IMG/VR virus record: IMGVR_UViG_3300042452_000420
Span: 1 to 59,546 of that record
Source: a virus
Lineage: Duplodnaviria; Caudoviricetes
Length of the DNA: 59,546 bases
Direction: 5' to 3' (one strand)
The translations under genes were made by a program, and so were the position numbers. This document shows, piece after piece, positions 53,936 through 59,546 of this stretch. Under the pieces are notes generated by a model, which worked only from the letters and a program-made list of their open reading frames with translations, searched no databases and was not told the DNA's origin. The stretch's first letter is position 1, and every line of letters starts with the position of its first letter.

Positions 53936-55948
53936 ATGGCCGAACAAAACCCACTCGCTCCAATTGCCAAACGCTGGCTGGAGTGCGTGAAACAGGGCGA
54001 AAAACACAAAAAGCCTTTTGCGGATGACGCCAAGGAGGCCATGGGGTTCTATGCCTCTGACCCGGAGGCGATGTGGGGTCCGGAAACCAGCCGGTCCTAC
54101 AACAAGGGCATCGATGCGCCGGCGATGCGCATTTGCGTCAACCGGGTGTGGGAAGCCGTGCGTCTGTTCAGTTCGGTCATCCACCACCGCAACCCCACCC
54201 GGGCGGTGAACGCCAAGCAGTACCCTGTTGTCCCGCCGCATTTGCTTGGTATTTTTCCACAGCCGCCGGTTCCCCAGATGGGGCCTGACGGCCCTGTGAT
54301 GGGGCCGGACGGCCAGCCGGTGATGATGCCCGATCCCGGGATGCAGCAGTACCAGCAGGGCATGCAGCAGCAGATGTTCGCTCAAGAGCGGCGTGGCATT
54401 ATTGCCAAGCTCTTGGAAGACTACCTGAACTACACACCCAACGAACTGGATCTGAAGAAGCATTCCCGCAAGGTGGTGGAAGAGGCGTTCATCAAAGGCG
54501 CTGGCGTGTGGTGGCATGAGCTGTACCAGCCGCCGGGGTCTTCGGTGAAGATGGCCGGCTCCTTCTATGACTCCGTAGACAATCTGGTGTGGGATCCGGA
54601 CGCCGACGAGTTTGAGGACATCCGCTGGGCTGCGCGCAAACGTGTCCAGCCGGTGGACGAAGTGGCTGCGAAGTTCGGCCTGACCCGCGAGGATCTGAAG
54701 GGCCACATCGAATCCTACTCGTCCCGCGCAGATGAAAATGAACGCGGGTATGAGTTCCGCAAGAAGAACGGCAAGACCAACGACCTGATCTGCTACTGGG
54801 AGATTTATTCCAAGACTGGGTTTGGTGATCGGCTAAAGGACGCCGACAAGGATCTCAGGGGCAAGTTCGATGCGCTTGGCGTGAACTGCTACATCGTTGT
54901 CGCAGAGGGCGTGGACTTCCCATTGAACCTCCCCCCTGCCCTTCTCCAAGAAGAAGTAGACGAGACTGGCATCCCGCAGGAGATGTTCATGCGGGCCCAG
55001 TGGCCCATTCCATTTTGGGCGGAACCGGCGGGCTGGCCGTTTACGTTGCTCGCGTGGCACGGCAAGCCGGGCTACTCTTGGCCGATCTCGCTGATTCGCC
55101 CTGGTATTGGGGAATTGCGGTTCATCAATTGGGCGATGTCCTTCCTTGCCACCAGGATTGCAGTGTCTTCGCAAACGCTGATCGGCGTGGCAAAGAGCGC
55201 GGACCCAGACCTGAAGGCGAAGATCCTGGACAAGGGCGAGAAGGGATTCAACATCATTGAAATCTCCGAAGCCGTTGGCCGGAGCGTGAACGATGTCATC
55301 AGCGTGTTCCAAGTTCCTGGTGTCACCCAGGACATGTACAACATCATTGCCGAGGTGACGGCCCTCTTCGACCGGCGCGTGGGCCTTACTGAACTGTTGT
55401 ACGGCATGACCAGAAATCAGTTCCGGTCGGCTGCAGAAGCGCAGGTGAAGGCTGAACAGATCAGTGTGCGCCCGGACGATTATGCAAATATTCTGGAAGA
55501 CGCATTGTCCGAGGTCGCCCGCAAGGAAGCATTGCTTGCGCGGTGGTTGATCTATCCGCAAGATGTTGCGCCGGTCTTGGGACCGATGGCTGCGCAAGCG
55601 TGGCGGATGCATGTCCAGGGCGAGTCTCCGGATGCGATTGTCAGAGAGTACGACTACCGCGTTGAGGCTGGCAGCGCTCGCAAGCCGAACATCGCAACCC
55701 GCATTGAGAACATCACGCAGGCCATGCAGATTTTGGCTCCGATCTCGCAGGGCTTGCTCCAGGCCGGCAGGCCGGAACTGTTCAATGCCCTCTTGGAGGA
55801 TTGGGGCAAGGCCATGCAAGTGGATGTCACTCGCTACATGGTTCCGCCCCCGCCTCCGCCGCCACAGCAACCCCCGGGCGGGCCTCCTGGCCAAGAGGGC
55901 CAGCCTCCAGAAGAGCCTCCGCAGGAGCAAGCACCCCCGCCGCAATAA
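53936..55948 (+). CDS. Portal protein
   Basis: 670 aa after TerL; DPDA, YWEIY, RSAAEAQ, VEAGSARKP; P/Q-rich tail. Confidence 0.85.
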   Translation: MAEQNPLAPIAKRWLECVKQGEKHKKPFADDAKEAMGFYASDPEAMWGPETSRSYNKGIDAPAMRICVNRVWEAVRLFSSVIHHRNPTRAVNAKQYPVVPPHLLGIFPQPPVPQMGPDGPVMGPDGQPVMMPDPGMQQYQQGMQQQMFAQERRGIIAKLLEDYLNYTPNELDLKKHSRKVVEEAFIKGAGVWWHELYQPPGSSVKMAGSFYDSVDNLVWDPDADEFEDIRWAARKRVQPVDEVAAKFGLTREDLKGHIESYSSRADENERGYEFRKKNGKTNDLICYWEIYSKTGFGDRLKDADKDLRGKFDALGVNCYIVVAEGVDFPLNLPPALLQEEVDETGIPQEMFMRAQWPIPFWAEPAGWPFTLLAWHGKPGYSWPISLIRPGIGELRFINWAMSFLATRIAVSSQTLIGVAKSADPDLKAKILDKGEKGFNIIEISEAVGRSVNDVISVFQVPGVTQDMYNIIAEVTALFDRRVGLTELLYGMTRNQFRSAAEAQVKAEQISVRPDDYANILEDALSEVARKEALLARWLIYPQDVAPVLGPMAAQAWRMHVQGESPDAIVREYDYRVEAGSARKPNIATRIENITQAMQILAPISQGLLQAGRPELFNALLEDWGKAMQVDVTRYMVPPPPPPPQQPPGGPPGQEGQPPEEPPQEQAPPPQ

Positions 55949-55949
55949 C

Positions 55950-56486
55950 ATGGATATCCCTCGCCAGATCCGAGACGCCGGCCACGAGGCCGTTGAGACG
56001 TACAAGAAGGCTCTCCCCCATGGAGAGCGTTGGGCGGAAATGTGCGCCCTCCAGATCGCCCCCGGAACAAGGGGTACGGACAGGGCATTCATGGAAGGCC
56101 GCTACAACAACCAGCAACTGGATAGCATGCCGAAGCTCTCGGCTCAGTGGATGGTCAAAGAGGCCAAGGCGGCCGGGATAAACATATCGGGCAAATACTA
56201 CTGCGGCGGCATCGCGGACAAGCGTGCGTGGAGGGATCCAGAAGCCTGGGTGTCCTCGTCGGACGATGTCCTGCGTGTAGCCCAGAAGCGTAGACTGGTG
56301 GTCAAAGGTTCAGTACAATATGACCCTGGCTCTGTGGATCCCCCGAAACGCAAGCTGATGAACGAAAAGATCCTCCGCCGCGAGGTGGCGACGGAGATGA
56401 AGCGGCGCCCCGGTGCAAAGGCCGGCGAGGTCCGCGAACGAATCATTGAGAAACACGCCTACCGACCGAAAGGAAGAAACGTATGA
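55950..56486 (+). CDS. Hypothetical protein
   Basis: Starts 2 bp after portal stop; 178 aa. Confidence 0.7.
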   Translation: MDIPRQIRDAGHEAVETYKKALPHGERWAEMCALQIAPGTRGTDRAFMEGRYNNQQLDSMPKLSAQWMVKEAKAAGINISGKYYCGGIADKRAWRDPEAWVSSSDDVLRVAQKRRLVVKGSVQYDPGSVDPPKRKLMNEKILRREVATEMKRRPGAKAGEVRERIIEKHAYRPKGRNV

Positions 56487-56812
56487 CCGCCAGTATTGAA
56501 CGCTTTTCCACCACCGCCGTGATCACGGCCGGCTCCTCTGCAAACACCCTCACACCCAGGTTTCCGTTTGACCGCTGGGCCGGCGGCGGTGTTTTGATCG
56601 GCGCCACCAACAGTGCCACGCAGATCAACTGGCATGCCTCCATTGGTCCGGAAAGCACCCCGCTCCAGATTCGATCAGACGGCTCTGCTGTGACCACGGC
56701 CGTAACCGATGGAGCCCACCCGATTCCGGATGCCTGCTTTGGCTTCCCCTACATCGCCCCGGTGATCGTCGGCGCCACAACCTGCGCCATGACTGTCACG
56801 CTGAAGGGCTAG
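56483..56812 (+). CDS. Small beta-rich virion protein
   Basis: ATGA overlap; 109 aa. Confidence 0.65.
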   Translation: MTASIERFSTTAVITAGSSANTLTPRFPFDRWAGGGVLIGATNSATQINWHASIGPESTPLQIRSDGSAVTTAVTDGAHPIPDACFGFPYIAPVIVGATTCAMTVTLKG

Positions 56813-56839
56813 TCTCTCTCTCACCACAAGAGCGCACCT

Positions 56840-57715
56840 ATGTCCCCGATGAGCCCGAGACTGCTTCGCCCCCGCTCATCTGGCCTCCACCCGGAGGCTG
56901 CGTCGTGGCGTACTCGCGTCGTCGATAACGGCGGCACAGTCTCGGCCGCGACACTGAAGGCCGTTTCCGACCTGTGCCGAGCAATCGACAGCGCCGGTAT
57001 ACGCAGTCGCTTTCTGCGTTTGAATGTTTTTGCGGGCGACAACCTGTCGGCCGTGCTGGTGCCGCTGTTTCGGGGCGCGAGCCTGAGCGGAGCGCAGTAC
57101 GGACTTACGACGGACGCAAATGTATCCGCCGGGCCGTTTGTCAGTGGCGACTACACGCTGGCGACGGGACTCACCGGCAACGGGAGCAGTAAATACCTAC
57201 AGACCGGCCTCAGGCTGGATCAACTGCCCGCAGGCATCGAAACAGACGGGCATTTGTCTGTGTATGTTCGGACGACGCCGAATAACAACGCCATGATTTC
57301 CAGTTATTCGTTTCATTCGACCACTGCGGCGGATCGGCATCGGTACGAGATGGTGCCAAACAATTTCACGTTTGGGCGCGAAACCGGGCAGGCTGGCCCG
57401 TCGTCTCCAACGTATCCGGCATTGCAGGTCGGCAGCCGTTCGTCGGCATCGTCGATGTTTACCTATCACAATGGCGTAGCAGGCAGCGAACTAACCTCCT
57501 CTATCACGCCCGTCGCAACGAGCATTCCTTTCACCGTGTTCGCCCGCAATCTTGTAACGGGCACGCCGCCGACGGCTGGCTCATACAGCCCGACGCTTTA
57601 TTTCTCTGGTGCGCTTGGGTCGTATTCGATTGGGCGATCTCTGAACGCCACTGAAGTCACCCGATACACCAATGCGATGAACACATTCATGGCGGCGCTG
57701 GGACGCAACGTATGA
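56840..57715 (+). CDS. Fibre/spike-like protein (lectin/LamG-like)
   Basis: MSPRLLRP N-terminus; GLTGNGSSKYL, YSIG..L. Confidence 0.65.
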   Translation: MSPMSPRLLRPRSSGLHPEAASWRTRVVDNGGTVSAATLKAVSDLCRAIDSAGIRSRFLRLNVFAGDNLSAVLVPLFRGASLSGAQYGLTTDANVSAGPFVSGDYTLATGLTGNGSSKYLQTGLRLDQLPAGIETDGHLSVYVRTTPNNNAMISSYSFHSTTAADRHRYEMVPNNFTFGRETGQAGPSSPTYPALQVGSRSSASSMFTYHNGVAGSELTSSITPVATSIPFTVFARNLVTGTPPTAGSYSPTLYFSGALGSYSIGRSLNATEVTRYTNAMNTFMAALGRNV

Positions 57716-58026
57716 CGCTTTCTGAACTGACGCTCCCGATCAGCCTTGCCGACGCTCGCGGGCTGGCCCTCGTCTTCACGCCCGCGCTGGCTGGCAGGCT
57801 CGCGGAACTGCACGCGCAATACGGCTCGCCCAACTGCGTGCCCTTTCCTCGCACGCTGACCGATGGGCGGCTCATGCTGTACGCGGACGTTCTCACAGAG
57901 ATCGGGCCGGGCGGATTGCTGGAGGCAATGTGGGCCGCAGCGGATAAGGCCGTGCTGGGGCAGGCGGTTGAAGTGCTGCCCTGGTCGGAGGCGGTGGCAT
58001 TGCTCCCGCCCGATCCGGTGGTGTGA
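57712..58026 (+). CDS. Small partner protein (possible fibre chaperone)
   Basis: ATGA overlap; LTDGR.ML.ADVLTE. Confidence 0.65.
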   Translation: MTLSELTLPISLADARGLALVFTPALAGRLAELHAQYGSPNCVPFPRTLTDGRLMLYADVLTEIGPGGLLEAMWAAADKAVLGQAVEVLPWSEAVALLPPDPVV

Positions 58027-58054
58027 CGCTCTTCACCTTAGAGAGAGCCGTTCG

Positions 58055-58834
58055 ATGCCGATGAATCCGCGACTGTTGCGCCCACTCGCCCGACGGCAGG
58101 CTTCTGCGCCTCCCTTCTCGCCGTCCTCCGTTGCGGGTCTTGTGGGCTGGTACGACGCCAGCGACCTCGCCACACTGTTTCAGAACTCCAACGGCACGGG
58201 GGCGGTTGGAGGCGACGATCCAGTTGGTTACTGGCAGGACAAGAGCGGCACGGGAAATCACGCCACGCAGTCAGGCTCAACTTCGCTCAAACCCACACTC
58301 GCCACAGCCTCCACCAACGGCAAGGCGTCTCTTTCGTTCGACAATGATTCGTTGCAGTGTTTGAAGTTTGCGGCGAATCCGCTCGCAGGAAGTGCCGCTG
58401 GCACGGCGTTCTACGTTTGTCGCGGCGATCTTGGGGAGGACGCCTGCATCGGCCACCCGCTGGCGAAGTTCGGAGACACTGTTGATGCCGACCATTATCC
58501 GTGCGGAGGTTTTGATCACTATTCCTCATTCGGCAGGGACACGCGATTCAGTTTTTCATACGACCCGCCATTTACATCGACGCACGTTGGGGTTGTTATG
58601 TCCCGCTCTGCCGACTGGCGATTCTGGTTTAAGGACACGCTGGCGACTACAAAAACCGGCAGCGCCGTCTCTTGGGGAAGTTTCGCAAGCATTGGCGGCA
58701 ACGGCAATGAATCTGCTGCGGCGTTCTACTACCCTGGAGTTGTGTGCGAGGTTTTGCTTTACGCGGCGGCTGTTTCGGACGCAGACCGCGCGACGATCAC
58801 AAACTACCTTGTATCGAAATGGGGGATCGCGTGA
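58055..58834 (+). CDS. LamG/ConA-like fibre protein
   Basis: MNPRLLRP; WYDASD, W.DKSG.GNHATQ, EVLLY...YL..KWGI. Confidence 0.75.
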   Translation: MPMNPRLLRPLARRQASAPPFSPSSVAGLVGWYDASDLATLFQNSNGTGAVGGDDPVGYWQDKSGTGNHATQSGSTSLKPTLATASTNGKASLSFDNDSLQCLKFAANPLAGSAAGTAFYVCRGDLGEDACIGHPLAKFGDTVDADHYPCGGFDHYSSFGRDTRFSFSYDPPFTSTHVGVVMSRSADWRFWFKDTLATTKTGSAVSWGSFASIGGNGNESAAAFYYPGVVCEVLLYAAAVSDADRATITNYLVSKWGIA

Positions 58835-59205
58835 CTTGGTCGTTCAGGGTAGCGATTGTCGTTCCTGCATCCGCCTTGCAGGCGGCCGAGTCGCTCGCGG
58901 CTAGCGTTGAGCCGGACCCGTCATGCACAGGGCCGCACTTCCGGATTGAACTGTCTGGCGACGGCCAGCGACCTGCATCCCACCGGGCTCTCTGCACGTT
59001 GGCGACAGATGAAATGGTCGCCGCAATGTCGGCGGCATTGCCGAATCTTCCCGGCGTGATGTTTTGGCGATGGAGCGATGATGGATTGCAGAATTCAAAC
59101 GTGACTCAGGTTTCTGGGCAGGCGTGGTCTTTTGACGCCAGCCTAGACGCGGCCGGTTTGCAGACGGTGCGGGCCGTTACGCCGTGTCCGAGTTGCCCGC
59201 ACTGA
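58831..59205 (+). CDS. Small partner protein
   Basis: GTGA overlap; LSGDG..PASH. Confidence 0.6.
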   Translation: MTWSFRVAIVVPASALQAAESLAASVEPDPSCTGPHFRIELSGDGQRPASHRALCTLATDEMVAAMSAALPNLPGVMFWRWSDDGLQNSNVTQVSGQAWSFDASLDAAGLQTVRAVTPCPSCPH

Positions 59206-59268
59206 CGCTCTTGCACCAGAGTACGGCAATCGCAGTTTGCGATACCGGCCAAACAACCGGCCACGCCT

Positions 59269-59315
59269 GTTACGGAACCTATGCCAGAGACGTTGCACAG
59301 CATAGGTTCCGTAAC
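59269..59315. repeat. Perfect 16-bp inverted repeat with 15-nt spacer
   Basis: GTTACGGAACCTATGC / GCATAGGTTCCGTAAC. Confidence 0.85.
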
Positions 59316-59377
59316 GGCCAGCAAACAGGCCGCAAAACAGCATTGCGCCCGATGGACAGGGCGGTAGAATCTGAGCC

Positions 59378-59546
59378 ATGCCGACCGTCACGCTCCGCTA
59401 CCGATTGCCCGACGAACAGAGCGAGTACGATGCCGCGAGGCTGGGCGGCGAGGCTCTGTCAACGCTCTGGGAGATTGACCAGCATTGCCGCTCGCTGCTC
59501 AAGCATGGCAGCCCAACGGCAGAGCAGCGGGAACTAGCGGAGGAGA
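59378..59546 (+). CDS. Conserved small phage protein, truncated by window end
   Basis: MPTVTLRYRLPDEQSEY...LWEIDQHCRSLLKHG; TAGAAT 7 nt upstream suggests a leaderless mRNA. Confidence 0.65.
   Translation, partial: MPTVTLRYRLPDEQSEYDAARLGGEALSTLWEIDQHCRSLLKHGSPTAEQRELAEE

Larger units (their letters stand above)
1..59546. mobile_element. Near-complete tailed dsDNA phage genome/prophage (podovirus-like, probably temperate)
   Basis: Terminase, portal, scaffold, capsid, adaptor/nozzle, ejection-like proteins, integrase and RecE/ERF/SSB all present; no host housekeeping genes; no tape measure or sheath recognised. Confidence 0.93.

Noticed and set aside
1-59546. CRISPR array
   Set aside because: No run of equal-length repeats with unique spacers; the repeats found occur 2-4 times and are irregularly spaced
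1-59546. Exact circularity of the window
   Set aside because: No terminal overlap seen, and the truncated ORF at 59378 has no convincing continuation at position 1; some sequence is probably missing
1-59546. Alternative genetic code or stop-codon recoding
   Set aside because: Core genes are full length in the standard code, and TAA, TAG and TGA all serve as stops

Overview
The window looks like a nearly complete (~59.5 kb, GC-rich) genome of a tailed dsDNA phage with podovirus-like architecture. It is probably temperate; a Planctomycetota/PVC-type host is my inference from gene content and is unverified. Layout: (1) 290-14881 (+): tail adaptor, split nozzle, collagen-like and internal/ejection proteins. 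(2) 14871-15707 (-): tyrosine integrase beside an 18-nt tRNA-5'-end-like attP candidate. (3) 16047-30762 (+): RecE/ERF/SSB, a split SF2 helicase, several free-standing endonucleases, a ~245-nt structured-RNA candidate, a subtilisin + papain-like protease/membrane-protein cassette, and a sigma-70-family factor. (4) 30548-40086 (-): serine recombinase and about 33 small coupled early genes, with a second structured element closed by a perfect 17-bp stem. (5) 40418-41269 (+): stand-alone gene. (6) 41743-59546 (+): Cys-rich and small virion proteins, scaffold, major capsid, glycosyltransferase, terminase, portal, fibre-like proteins. I recognised no DNA polymerase, primase, CI-type repressor, classical endolysin, full tRNA or CRISPR array. 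Best leads: the two structured RNA-like elements, the possible protease-based lysis module, the recurring GGRCAnT-N8-AG late-promoter-like motif, LexA-like GTAC-N4-GTAC boxes, and 5'-tRNA attP. All calls come from reading motifs by eye; no database search or folding software was run.
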